64,000 bases of DNA from Candidatus Saccharimonadales bacterium. Its GTDB lineage: Bacteria; Patescibacteriota; Saccharimonadia; Saccharimonadales; JACDBH01. Within the stretch, counting starts at the first letter, position 1; each line of letters starts with the position of its first letter. This document shows positions 1-8,720 of this stretch, piece by piece. The notes beneath the pieces are model-generated. The model saw only the letters and a program-made list of their open reading frames with translations, did no database searches and was not told the DNA's origin. The stretch spans positions 13,720 through 77,719 of the forward strand of contig JBGSWE010000003.1 in the NCBI GenBank assembly GCA_041752595.1, in the 5' to 3' direction. A program made the position numbers and the translations under genes.

Positions 1-176
1 TAGCTGTCTTTTAAAATAATTTCACCGGTTTCGGTGTAACCTACAACCTCTACTATTCCATTATTAGGATCGTAGGCAACAGCCTCTGAGACTACTGTAG
101 TCAATACACGCTTAAGAGCCGACTCATTAGGTTCGGCTGTTTGATTATAATCTGGTGTAAATTCTGCGTTGCTCAT
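1..176 (-). CDS. hypothetical protein, N-terminal part only (gene runs off the left edge)
   Basis: Minus-strand ATG at 174-176 opens a frame (MSNAEFTPDYNQTAEPNESALKRVLTTVVSEAVAYDPNNG...) that stays open to position 1. Absent from the ORF track because it is truncated. Confidence 0.4.
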   Translation of the reverse strand, partial: MSNAEFTPDYNQTAEPNESALKRVLTTVVSEAVAYDPNNGIVEVVGYTETGEIILKDS

Positions 177-199
177 ATATAAATGTCTAAAAGTGGAGG

Positions 200-288
200 A
201 GGGCTTGATTTTGACGGTTTGTAATTGGTTTTAGACAAAGTAGCCTAAAATTAACAAACTGGAGCAAATGCTCTAAAAATCAAGCCCT
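200..288 (-). repeat. long-range inverted repeat with 13-bp arms enclosing 63 nt
   Basis: AGGGCTTGATTTT (200-212) is the exact reverse complement of AAAATCAAGCCCT (276-288). It lies in the 3' region downstream of the minus-strand gene 445-843. Confidence 0.6.
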
Positions 289-296
289 TGGTCGCC

Positions 297-345
297 CCTC
301 AGAAAGAGTTTACATGCGTTAAAGCACTTCTTCCTCTTTCTGAGG
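297..345 (-). repeat. perfect 12-bp hairpin
   Basis: CCTCAGAAAGAG (297-308) and CTCTTTCTGAGG (334-345) are exact reverse complements with a 25-nt loop. Confidence 0.6.
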
Positions 346-354
346 AGCTAGGGT

Positions 355-442
355 GTCCCAAGTGTTGTCAGGCGGCCCTGAGCACTTTGTTGGGACTGTC
401 CCAAGTGTTGTCGGGTGGCCCCGGAACACTTTTGGTTGGGAC
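355..442 (-). repeat. two tandem copies of a GC-rich hairpin unit (about 42-45 nt each)
   Basis: Units at 355-396 and 398-442 both start GTCCCAAGTGTTGTC and end (T)TGGGAC. The GTCCCAA/TTGGGAC arms pair. They begin 3 nt past the stop of the minus-strand ORF 445-843. Confidence 0.65.
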
Positions 443-444
443 GA

Positions 445-843
445 TCATTCGTAGAGAGGATTCACGAATGTGAATGAATCTTCTGATGAGACGGCGCGAG
501 CGTCGAAGCTGTCTTCGGTGATGATGGCGGTCTTCTCGTCGTCTGAGAAGAGATTGGAAAGGTCGATTGCCGAAGCAAACAGGGTCTTCAGGACTTTGGT
601 GACTTGAGCTTCTGTGACATCGGGGTTCATCTCGATGATGAGCTTGGTGTCGAACAACGTGATGTCGATGATTTCACCGGAGCCTTGCAAGCCACGAGCG
701 GAAGCAAGAAGCCATATGCGTGAAGAGACGGTGTTCTTGATGTTTGCGTAGCTCAGCTGCACGATTGTGCCGTCACGAAGTTTTCGGATTTGGGTGACGA
801 CGAAGGTTGCCTCGAAACATGGAACAACGTATTCGGTCTTCAT
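445..843 (-). CDS. hypothetical protein (132 aa) in a GC-elevated cassette
   Basis: ORF track. Strong SD (TAGGAGGA) lies 6 nt upstream of the ATG at 843. No recognisable motif. Confidence 0.6.
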   Translation of the reverse strand: MKTEYVVPCFEATFVVTQIRKLRDGTIVQLSYANIKNTVSSRIWLLASARGLQGSGEIIDITLFDTKLIIEMNPDVTEAQVTKVLKTLFASAIDLSNLFSDDEKTAIITEDSFDARAVSSEDSFTFVNPLYE

Positions 844-968
844 GTGAATCCTCCTAAGGATGTGGTAAGGTGCTATCTCTGGGTTGAGATTGGTAAATAA
901 TACGCTTAAAACCGCTAAAGTTCAAGTATATAATTGCAAAAAGTATAAAAATGTTCTAAAATAGGGCT

Positions 969-1538
969 ATGAACCACTGTCCAGAGAATGCACCAATCGA
1001 AGATTCGTCTGAATCATTTGACGATTTAGTTCAGCGCGAGGCGGAGCTACGCGTTAGTGCTTTGCAACATGTAACCGATGTTTATCGTCAGGCTCTTTAC
1101 GGACCAGACCCAAATAGTTATTTGCAAGGATTTAGCGTACAGCCTGTTCCAGATTCGCTAGGCTTTAAGATGGATTCTAAAAAACCGTTTTTTAATGATG
1201 GTGATAATTCTCTAGAACCCTATCATTTAAGATTGTATGTACCAGCTGAAGAAGCTGGAACTGAATGGGTACAAAAATTTTGGGCACAGTATGAACAACA
1301 CGGTAGCAAGAGCCCGTTATATTATGTTGATGCTGATCAATATGAATTAGTTTCAAACACCAACGATCCGACAGAAGAAATTCCTCGACTCGACCTAGAG
1401 TATGTTGAGGTCGAACAGGCAAGTATAGACAAGCTTATTGAGCATGAGGTACTAGGTCGAAAAGCAGCCATACAAGGCTTAAGCCGCTTAATTACTGCCA
1501 TTCGTGACGATTATGAACTTGTTCCATTTAGGCAATAA
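969..1538 (+). CDS. hypothetical protein (189 aa)
   Basis: ORF track. Host-like composition. Directly upstream of the AAA+ ATPase gene. Confidence 0.55.
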   Translation: MNHCPENAPIEDSSESFDDLVQREAELRVSALQHVTDVYRQALYGPDPNSYLQGFSVQPVPDSLGFKMDSKKPFFNDGDNSLEPYHLRLYVPAEEAGTEWVQKFWAQYEQHGSKSPLYYVDADQYELVSNTNDPTEEIPRLDLEYVEVEQASIDKLIEHEVLGRKAAIQGLSRLITAIRDDYELVPFRQ

Positions 1539-1625
1539 AACTAAGTATTTTCCGCTTACGCTTGCTATAGATACGATTTTTAACTATCTTTAGATTAATA
1601 AAAGTCAGCGGAGCCAAAACTAACA

Positions 1626-3101
1626 GTGTCTGAACAATTTAGTAGCAATATAGAAAAATACAGAGATCCTAGCATTTCTGTATGTTGTGAAAACATCGCA
1701 CAAATAGAGGAATTGTCATGGTCCGACAACTACTCAGTGCCAATTATCTATGAGATGGACATAGAGGGGCCTATAAACCAGGTCATAGTAATGCTAAAAG
1801 GCTCATCGGAAAAGGGAGGTGAGTTCGGGTTTGCTGCTCAATTAACACTAGAAGACCCAATTGCAGGCGAAGATGTAGAGGAACGCACAAGTGCAATTGT
1901 TTCGTTGATAGGATCGTTTGCAGATAAGTATTATGGTATTAATACCAGTGATAATGACAAAGGATATGTAGTCACATACACAGATCAGGATAATGATAGC
2001 TTTAGTTTTTTTGTTGGACTAGATAGCGATAATGACTCGATTTTAATCGGAACTTGTCGGATAGATGATATAGATAACGTTAATTTCGATAGTGCAGGTG
2101 ATTTGCGGCATGGGTTAGATGCTTTTACTCCGTCATTTGATGCATTTTGTGAAATTTTAGAGTGTTTTATACAAGATTTCTATAAAGCTAGGGGGCACAA
2201 CCAAGATTTGGTACTTAATTCGCTTATACACAGTTTTATGCCTGAGCTTGAATATCATGAAGAGGTTGATGAAGAAGTTGTTGAGCCAGACGAAGAAGTT
2301 ATCGATGAACAACCCTACCCATTACTTCACAATATTGGCGGGCTAGAGAGTCAAAAACGAGAATTACAAGAATTTATAGATGAACTTAGGTATCCAGAAG
2401 TTTTGCAGGCATGGGGTGTTGAAAGACGAGGAGGTTTGTTGTTGTATGGGCCCTCCGGAACAGGGAAGACTATGATAGTACAATCTCTGGCTAACGAACT
2501 TGACGCAGAACTAAGAACTTTTTCTGCTGCCGACATACACGGCATGTATGTTGGTGACTCGGAAAAAGGGGTTAAGAAAATATTTAGTGATGCATCAGTA
2601 GTTACTGAACCAACAATCTTATACTTTAATGAAATTGACGGGATAATAAGTAGTAAGGGTGAAAATTCAAATTCAACAAATTTAAGAGCTGCTGCAGTTT
2701 TTAAACAATGCGCTGAAGATATTGTAAAGACAAACCCATTGGTTATATTGGTTGCCGATACTAATCATCCTGATAGGATCGATGATGCACTGCTTAGAGC
2801 AGGCAGATTTGATATGAGGCTTCATATCCCACTTCCGGACCTATTCGGATTGGCCGAGATAATTAATGACAAGATATTTAGGACAGTAACAACAACTGAC
2901 AGAGATGTTTTTGATGTTCATGGGATCGAACCTAAAAAACTAGCTCAACTATGCGAAGGCATGAGTGGCACTGACATCGAACTAATTATTAAAGGCATGA
3001 TTATTAGAAAAGCCTTAGAAGAGTTGCGAGCAGGGCAAACACCAGACCCAATTGATCAGCAACAGTTTATGCGCAGTATTCAAGCATATCGAACAAAGTA
3101 G
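1626..3101 (+). CDS. AAA+ ATPase (classic AAA clade) with an uncharacterised ~250-aa N-terminal domain
   Basis: Walker A LYGPSGTGKT, Walker B ILYFNEIDG, and RAGRFDMRLHIPLPD (second region of homology / Arg finger). GTG start. Confidence 0.85.
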   Translation: MSEQFSSNIEKYRDPSISVCCENIAQIEELSWSDNYSVPIIYEMDIEGPINQVIVMLKGSSEKGGEFGFAAQLTLEDPIAGEDVEERTSAIVSLIGSFADKYYGINTSDNDKGYVVTYTDQDNDSFSFFVGLDSDNDSILIGTCRIDDIDNVNFDSAGDLRHGLDAFTPSFDAFCEILECFIQDFYKARGHNQDLVLNSLIHSFMPELEYHEEVDEEVVEPDEEVIDEQPYPLLHNIGGLESQKRELQEFIDELRYPEVLQAWGVERRGGLLLYGPSGTGKTMIVQSLANELDAELRTFSAADIHGMYVGDSEKGVKKIFSDASVVTEPTILYFNEIDGIISSKGENSNSTNLRAAAVFKQCAEDIVKTNPLVILVADTNHPDRIDDALLRAGRFDMRLHIPLPDLFGLAEIINDKIFRTVTTTDRDVFDVHGIEPKKLAQLCEGMSGTDIELIIKGMIIRKALEELRAGQTPDPIDQQQFMRSIQAYRTK

Positions 3102-3215
3102 TAACTAAAAGAGCTATTGACGAGATAATTAGCACTCGGGTATGATGAGTGCTGATTGGGGGTATTTACGAGAATTCCTAATCTTAAATTTAATCACAGA
3201 ATAATAGGAGTAAAT

Positions 3216-3509
3216 ATGAACGTACCGATTTCGCCGTTAAATGATTATGTAGTTGTGGTTGTAGAACCTGCAGAAAGTAAAACCAAAAGTGGACTGTATT
3301 TGCCAGAAGCAGCAAAAGAGAAGCCGCAAGCGGCAACTGTTGTTGCAGTTGGTCCAGGTAAGGTGGGCGATGATAACGAAAGAATCAAGATATCTGTAAA
3401 AGTTGGTGACAAGGTTATTTATGGTGGTTATAGCCATACAGAGGTTAAGATTGATGGCACAAACTACGTGCTTGTGAGCGAAGACAACATTTACGCAATT
3501 GTTAATTAA
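3216..3509 (+). CDS. groES: co-chaperonin GroES
   Basis: MNVPISPLNDYVVVV...KSGLYLPEAAKEKPQAATVVAVGPG... is the Cpn10 pattern. SD AGGAG precedes the ATG at 3216. Sits immediately upstream of groEL. Confidence 0.93.
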   Translation: MNVPISPLNDYVVVVVEPAESKTKSGLYLPEAAKEKPQAATVVAVGPGKVGDDNERIKISVKVGDKVIYGGYSHTEVKIDGTNYVLVSEDNIYAIVN

Positions 3510-3521
3510 GGGGAGAATATA

Positions 3522-5171
3522 ATGGCTAAAAAAGTATTTTATGACGAAGACGCAAGACGTAGGGTTTTAGAGGGTGCACGGATTTTATACGAAGCAGTTA
3601 AAACTACTATGGGGCCAAAGGGTCGTAATGTTGTTATTAGCAAAAGTTACGGTGGTCCAACTGTTACCCATGATGGCGTGACAGTTGCAAAGGGTGTTGA
3701 TATTGCAGATGTAGATGATGAAACTTTGGGTTATAAAGTTGGTGCCGAGCTTATAAAACAAGCCGCCAACAAAATGAATGATGTCGCAGGTGATGGCACT
3801 ACGACGGTTACAGTACTGACTTATCATATTTTGCACGAAGCCAATAAGTTGATTGCTGCTGGACATAATCCAATGCTACTTAGAAAGGGCTTGGAAGCTG
3901 CAGCACACGACGTCATAAAAGCCCTCGATGGTCTAAAAGAAGACATAGTTGGTAAAAAAAGTCGTGTTGCAGAAGTCGCAACTATATCAGCTGGTGACGC
4001 CGAAATAGGTAAATTAATCGCTGATGTTATAGATAAGGTTGGAAAAGACGGTGTAGTTACTGTAGAAGAAGGCCAAGGACTTGATCTAGAAAGCGAAGTT
4101 GTAGAAGGTTTTACTTTTGACCGTGGATTTATAAGCGCTTATTTAGTGACTGACACATCACGCATGGAAGCTGTTCTAGATAAACCACAAATCTATATTA
4201 CTGATAAAAAGATCAGCTCAATTCAAGAATTCTTGCCAGTACTAGAACGCGTTGCTCAAAGTGGTAAAAAAGATCTAGTAATTATCGCAGAGGATGTTGA
4301 CGGCGAAGCACTTGGCACTTTAGTTCTAAACAAACTAAAAGGCGTACTGAATGTAGTTGCTATCAAAGCTCCAGCTTTTGGTGATAGACGAAAAGATATC
4401 TTGAATGATATTGCCGTATTAACTGGTGGTGTCGTTAACACAGCCGACTTGCATGAGACTTTTGATGTTGAAGGCGAAGATTACCTCGGTACCGCTCGTA
4501 AGGTAATAGTAACCAAAGACGAAGCTACGATTATTGAGGGTGGTGGTGCAAACGCAGCTGTTAAAGCGCGGGTTGCTCAAATTACTTCACAAGCTAGCTC
4601 TGCAAGTAATGAATACGACCGTGAGCAGCTAGAAAAACGCCGCGCAGCTCTTAGTGGTAAAGTTGCTGTAATTAAAGTTGGTGGGGCTACCGAAACCGAG
4701 ATAGAAGAAAAGAAATTCCGAGTCGACGACGCCGTAGCTGCAGTCAAAGCTGCGCTTGATGAGGGAATAGTTGCAGGAGGTGGAGTAACACTCATTAATT
4801 TAGCCACAACAATTAAAAATTCTAGCTCAGAAGATGCCACTGTTACTGCCGGTAAAACAATACTTATTAATGCACTAGAACAGCCATTTAGGATTCTGTT
4901 AACAAATGCAGGGCTAAATGCTGACGAATGGTTACCTCAAGTTAAAAAAGGTAAGTCAGGACAGGGCGTAGACGTTAATAACCCTAGCAAACTAGTGGAT
5001 ATGAAGTCTGCTGGAGTAGTTGATCCTGCACGCGTTACAAAAGAGGCAGTCCAGAATGCCGTTTCTATCGCTGGTACAGCTATCACCATGGGCGCTTTAG
5101 TAGTCGATGTACCAGAACCTAAAGCCGCAGCTCCTGATATGTCAGGTATGGGCGGAATGATGGGAATGTAG
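3522..5171 (+). CDS. groEL: chaperonin GroEL
   Basis: AGDGTTTVTVLT, the VAAVKAPGFGDRRK-like AIKAPAFGDRRK, and a C-terminal GGM repeat (MSGMGGMMGM). Confidence 0.98.
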   Translation: MAKKVFYDEDARRRVLEGARILYEAVKTTMGPKGRNVVISKSYGGPTVTHDGVTVAKGVDIADVDDETLGYKVGAELIKQAANKMNDVAGDGTTTVTVLTYHILHEANKLIAAGHNPMLLRKGLEAAAHDVIKALDGLKEDIVGKKSRVAEVATISAGDAEIGKLIADVIDKVGKDGVVTVEEGQGLDLESEVVEGFTFDRGFISAYLVTDTSRMEAVLDKPQIYITDKKISSIQEFLPVLERVAQSGKKDLVIIAEDVDGEALGTLVLNKLKGVLNVVAIKAPAFGDRRKDILNDIAVLTGGVVNTADLHETFDVEGEDYLGTARKVIVTKDEATIIEGGGANAAVKARVAQITSQASSASNEYDREQLEKRRAALSGKVAVIKVGGATETEIEEKKFRVDDAVAAVKAALDEGIVAGGGVTLINLATTIKNSSSEDATVTAGKTILINALEQPFRILLTNAGLNADEWLPQVKKGKSGQGVDVNNPSKLVDMKSAGVVDPARVTKEAVQNAVSIAGTAITMGALVVDVPEPKAAAPDMSGMGGMMGM

Positions 5172-5177
5172 GATTTT

Positions 5178-5198
5178 GAGAGGGGAACATCCCCTCTC
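5178..5198 (+). terminator. GC-rich hairpin just after the groEL stop
   Basis: GAGAGGGG (5178-5185) and CCCCTCTC (5191-5198) pair with a 5-nt loop. No U-tract follows, so terminator function is uncertain. Confidence 0.4.
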
Positions 5199-5270
5199 AA
5201 CGTGCCGGGCATCAGTAAAGCCGAATTCTAGGACTACACTCCCCTGAGTTTCGCTTGAAATTGGTGGAGT

Positions 5271-5305
5271 AAATGAGGCGGATTTAAAATCTGGCCTCAT
5301 TTTTA
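5271..5305 (+). terminator. rho-independent terminator
   Basis: AAATGAGGC (5271-5279) pairs with GCCTCATTT (5294-5302). The stem runs into a T tract. Confidence 0.6.
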
Positions 5306-5329
5306 CTTTTGTGGGGTAGAATAATTGCA

Positions 5330-5545
5330 ATGAGTGAAATAAGTAATTTTGATTCTGAGTTTGATTTTGGCACTTTGCAGGTTGATCTTAATGAAGGTAT
5401 TAAGGGGGTAGAAGCGGATATGACTACAAATCTCCTTGGTATAATTCGTGTCATTCAACTAAACTCTAGTCCATTTATAGCTTTTGCAGAGATTTCTCGA
5501 GAAGCTGGCGATGTGGAGCTTAGGCGCCCCAAGTCAGGAAAGTAA
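5330..5545 (+). CDS. small hypothetical protein (71 aa; start uncertain)
   Basis: ORF track 5309-5545, with an internal ATG at 5330 (MSEISNFDSEFDF...). No motif. Confidence 0.35.
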   Translation: MSEISNFDSEFDFGTLQVDLNEGIKGVEADMTTNLLGIIRVIQLNSSPFIAFAEISREAGDVELRRPKSGK

Positions 5546-5616
5546 AGTAAATATCTTGATGATGTTATTGCCTTAACTGCCAGAATATCGTACAATCATA
5601 CAAAAGGGAGAAATTT

Positions 5617-6135
5617 GTGGCAGTATTCAAGAAAAAAAATAGCAATTCAGTATTACCAGAAGTTGATGAATACTATCAAGCAGAACGACGCGATCGTGGT
5701 TGGTTGGCTTGGTTGCTAGCAATTATTTCGGTTATTGTTGTAGTACTTATAGTTATTGCACTGTTTTTTGCGGGTCGTTGGCTAGTAGATACAATTAACG
5801 GCGACGATAATAATGAACAGGTTGGTGTGTCTGTTAATGATGGCGCAACAAATTCTAATGACGAAAACATAAAAGTAGATGGCGGAGCAGCAGAACCAGT
5901 AGTACCTGAAAACGAGCCAGAAAGTAAGCAGACGGACTCTAGTACCGGTAACCAGAACGACCAAGGTACAGTACAGGCTCCTGCTCAAACGGAAACCCCA
6001 AGCTCAACTCCTGTTACGGGCGACGACGAACTACCTAGCACCGGTCCAGCTAGCTTGGTTAGTACATTTTTGGCCGTAAGTATTGTTGCCGGTGGGCTAC
6101 ATTACGTAGTTAGCCGCAAGCGAATTTCCAACTAA
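5617..6135 (+). CDS. LPXTG-motif cell-wall-anchor protein with an N-terminal TM segment
   Basis: The C-terminus LPSTG + hydrophobic stretch (PASLVSTFLAVSIVAGGLHYVV) + SRKRISN is a canonical sortase sorting signal. An N-terminal TM is also present. GTG start. Confidence 0.75.
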   Translation: MAVFKKKNSNSVLPEVDEYYQAERRDRGWLAWLLAIISVIVVVLIVIALFFAGRWLVDTINGDDNNEQVGVSVNDGATNSNDENIKVDGGAAEPVVPENEPESKQTDSSTGNQNDQGTVQAPAQTETPSSTPVTGDDELPSTGPASLVSTFLAVSIVAGGLHYVVSRKRISN

Positions 6136-6159
6136 ACCTACTATTTTTATTTACTAAGC

Positions 6160-6990
6160 TTAATTACTCGAGTTAGCAAAGTAATTGATTTCATTGACTA
6201 TAGCTAGAAGTGCTTGAGCTTTAACCTGTTCGTCTGAAATTGATTGTGCTGCTTCGTAGGCTACTGCTATAAGTGATTTATCATCTGTTGCCTGAATCAT
6301 CATCATAGTAGTGTTAAACTTTTCTTCAGGTGTCTGATTGAGGTGAGATATTAAAGGTGTTAATTGTTGCAAAGCTTGTTGCTTGATATCATCTAGGCCT
6401 GAACCGCTGCTTAATCCACCACGACCAGTAAAAACCTGTGGCATTGCATCTTCTGTCATTATTGAAGAAGCAACCTCCGGAGTGTCGGTATTTTCGGTAG
6501 GCATATCTTCTACCACGTGCGTACTAAGATCTGTATATCCCATATTTTCTGTTTGAGAAGGTTCAGGAAATTCTGGTTGCATTGGCTCAGGTACTGACTC
6601 TGAGTATGATTCTTCCATATTAGTTGTCGGTAGTGGTTCATCAACTTGAGCTTCTGGTTCTGGTAAAGAAACTTCAGGTGGTTCAGGGGCTGAAGGAGCA
6701 CCAACCATATCGTTATATGCAGGGCTAATATGTGGTTGTTCGCCTGCATCAGAAGCTGGTTCTGTAGTTGCTTCTTCTGTGGGTTGTGCTGCAACTGGAT
6801 CTGTCATTATATAATCTTCAACTGGCACGATAGTAGAAGCTACTGATGGTGCTTGAGCTGCGCTGTTGTCTTGTGCTTGAGAAGCTGGCAATACGCCATC
6901 GATACTTACATTTTGATCATTTGTTGCGGTTGTTGTTTGATCAACAACAGGTGCTACTTGATTATTGTTATTTCCAAAAATTCCCACCAC
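6160..6990 (-). CDS. hypothetical acidic Pro/Glu-rich protein (276 aa)
   Basis: ORF track. Low-complexity PE-rich middle and a structured C-terminal ~80 aa. Confidence 0.55.
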   Translation of the reverse strand: MVGIFGNNNNQVAPVVDQTTTATNDQNVSIDGVLPASQAQDNSAAQAPSVASTIVPVEDYIMTDPVAAQPTEEATTEPASDAGEQPHISPAYNDMVGAPSAPEPPEVSLPEPEAQVDEPLPTTNMEESYSESVPEPMQPEFPEPSQTENMGYTDLSTHVVEDMPTENTDTPEVASSIMTEDAMPQVFTGRGGLSSGSGLDDIKQQALQQLTPLISHLNQTPEEKFNTTMMMIQATDDKSLIAVAYEAAQSISDEQVKAQALLAIVNEINYFANSSN

Positions 6991-7078
6991 TTTTCTCCTG
7001 ATATGCTTAGATCTATTCTAATATTCCTCTACAATGTAGCATAAGCACTATTATTTTTATATAGGGAGATCAAACAAG

Positions 7079-8119
7079 ATGCTAGATGATTTAAAATATA
7101 TCCACGAGAAAGATGCTCAAGACGCGCTTGGGATTGCTGAAAAACAGTGGCAACAGTTGGAACACGTGTTTGATTTAGGTGATTGGCAAACAGATAATAC
7201 CAAAATCGAAAATATTGTGTTTGCTGGAATGGGTGGTTCTGCTCTAGCCGCACTCATTAGTCAATCTTGGCCCGGATACAACCTGCCTTTTGAAATCACT
7301 CGTGAATATCAAATTCCTGCGTATGTTTCAGAGAAAACCCTTTTTATTGCTAGTAGTTATTCTGGCAATACTGAAGAAACTATAGAAGCCCTGGAACATG
7401 CAAAAGATAAAGGAGCAAACATTGTTGTTATTGCTTCTGGCGGTAAAATGCAGGAGCTTGCACAACAGTACGGCTATCCGTTTGCGCAAATACCAAACGG
7501 TATGCAACCGCGTCACGCGGCTCTGTACAGCCTTAAAGCACTAGTAACGGTACTCGAACGAGCTGGATTAGTTGCAGCAAATAGCGCGGAAGCTTCATTA
7601 CATCAAGCTAGTTTATTTATAAAAAACGCTGTTATGTTATGGCGCCCCGACGTTAAAACTAGTGATAATCCGGCCAAGCAACTAGCACTTGAACTTAGTG
7701 GTAAATCTCCTGTGATTTATGCCGGTCCAGAATTATGGCCAGTTGCGTATAAGTGGAAAATAAGTATGAATGAAAACGCCAAGAACGTAGCCTGGTGCAA
7801 TGCTTTCCCTGAATTTAATCATAATGAATTCTTGGGTTGGACATCTCATCCTGTTGATAAGCCATATGCAGTAATTGAGCTTAAGAGTAATTTAGAATAC
7901 CAACGAGTAACAAAAAGGTTTGAAGTAACTAATAAACTACTAAGTGGTAGATGGCCAAACCCACATGTCGTAGAAGCTAAAGGAGGAACGCTACTTGAGC
8001 AGTTGCTGTATGTTATTGCTATGGGCGATTTCGTATCTATTTATTTAGCACTATTAAATGGTTTAAACCCAACACCAGTTGATTTGATTGAAAAGTTCAA
8101 AGCTGAACTGAATAACTAG
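7079..8119 (+). CDS. bifunctional phosphoglucose/phosphomannose isomerase (SIS domain)
   Basis: GMGGSALAA... and FIASSYSGNTEETIEA...IVVIASGG form the SIS pattern. Length and C-terminal region fit the PGI/PMI family. Confidence 0.8.
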   Translation: MLDDLKYIHEKDAQDALGIAEKQWQQLEHVFDLGDWQTDNTKIENIVFAGMGGSALAALISQSWPGYNLPFEITREYQIPAYVSEKTLFIASSYSGNTEETIEALEHAKDKGANIVVIASGGKMQELAQQYGYPFAQIPNGMQPRHAALYSLKALVTVLERAGLVAANSAEASLHQASLFIKNAVMLWRPDVKTSDNPAKQLALELSGKSPVIYAGPELWPVAYKWKISMNENAKNVAWCNAFPEFNHNEFLGWTSHPVDKPYAVIELKSNLEYQRVTKRFEVTNKLLSGRWPNPHVVEAKGGTLLEQLLYVIAMGDFVSIYLALLNGLNPTPVDLIEKFKAELNN

Positions 8120-8186
8120 ATTATTTTAACTTCTTTGATCATGGACAAATCGCTAAAGACGATTCGGATTGATATAATCAGTCATT

Positions 8187-8693
8187 ATGAATCGAGTTGT
8201 AGTTATTGGTTGTCCGGGTGCTGGTAAGACTTATTTTTCACGCGAATTAGCAAGAAAAACTGATTTACGGGTTATTCATATGGATGGTTATTTTCATGAG
8301 GAAGATAAAGATTATTTGAATAATCGTGAAGCCTGGCGTGAAAAAGTGAGGGAACTCGCCAAAGACGATAAGTGGATTATGGAAGGCAACTATAAGTCCG
8401 ATACTTTTGACATTAGATTCCCCGTTGCTGATGTAATTATTCATATGGACTTTCCTAGGTATATAACAGTTCCCAGGGTTCTAAAACGTCGCGTACAGTA
8501 TAGAAATAAACACAGGGAAGAAATGCCAGATACATGGGTAGAGAAAATCGATCCAGCCTTTTTTAAATATGTGCTTCGCTATCACAAAGCAGATCGTCCC
8601 GATGTTCTTCGTCGCTTAAAAGAGTATCCCGATAAGAGGGTAGTTACTTTGAAAAGCCCAAGGGCTGCTAGGCGTTACCTCGGATCACAATAG
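8187..8693 (+). CDS. P-loop kinase-like ATPase (adenylate kinase / topology-modulation FlaR-like)
   Basis: N-terminal P-loop VIGCPGAGKTYFSRELA. Small size of 168 aa. Confidence 0.6.
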   Translation: MNRVVVIGCPGAGKTYFSRELARKTDLRVIHMDGYFHEEDKDYLNNREAWREKVRELAKDDKWIMEGNYKSDTFDIRFPVADVIIHMDFPRYITVPRVLKRRVQYRNKHREEMPDTWVEKIDPAFFKYVLRYHKADRPDVLRRLKEYPDKRVVTLKSPRAARRYLGSQ

Positions 8694-8720
8694 AGCAATA
8701 AGATTATTCTTGTACGAGTA

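Noticed and set aside
355-442. UCCCAAG string, reminiscent of the conserved twister-ribozyme loop.
   Set aside because: Here GTCCCAA simply base-pairs with TTGGGAC as the stem of each repeat unit. The other twister elements (P1/P2, pseudoknot partners, AAGC-GGG context) are absent.
355-442. CRISPR-like array.
   Set aside because: There are only two directly adjacent repeat units separated by 1 nt, with no spacers. There are no cas genes in the window.
288-473. 61-aa plus-strand ORF in the ORF track.
   Set aside because: It is composed almost entirely of the tandem and inverted hairpin repeats (297-442), has no SD, and its start is not an ATG. This is most likely non-coding structured sequence.
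3-515. 8-nt identity GCTGTCTT at 3-10 and 508-515, as a possible trans target for the hammerhead-like arm.
   Set aside because: An 8-mer match is expected by chance at this search space, and no supporting pairing extends it.
5172-5305. Possible small RNA between groEL and the next ORF.
   Set aside because: The two hairpins are adequately explained as terminator structures, and I found no conserved ncRNA motif.
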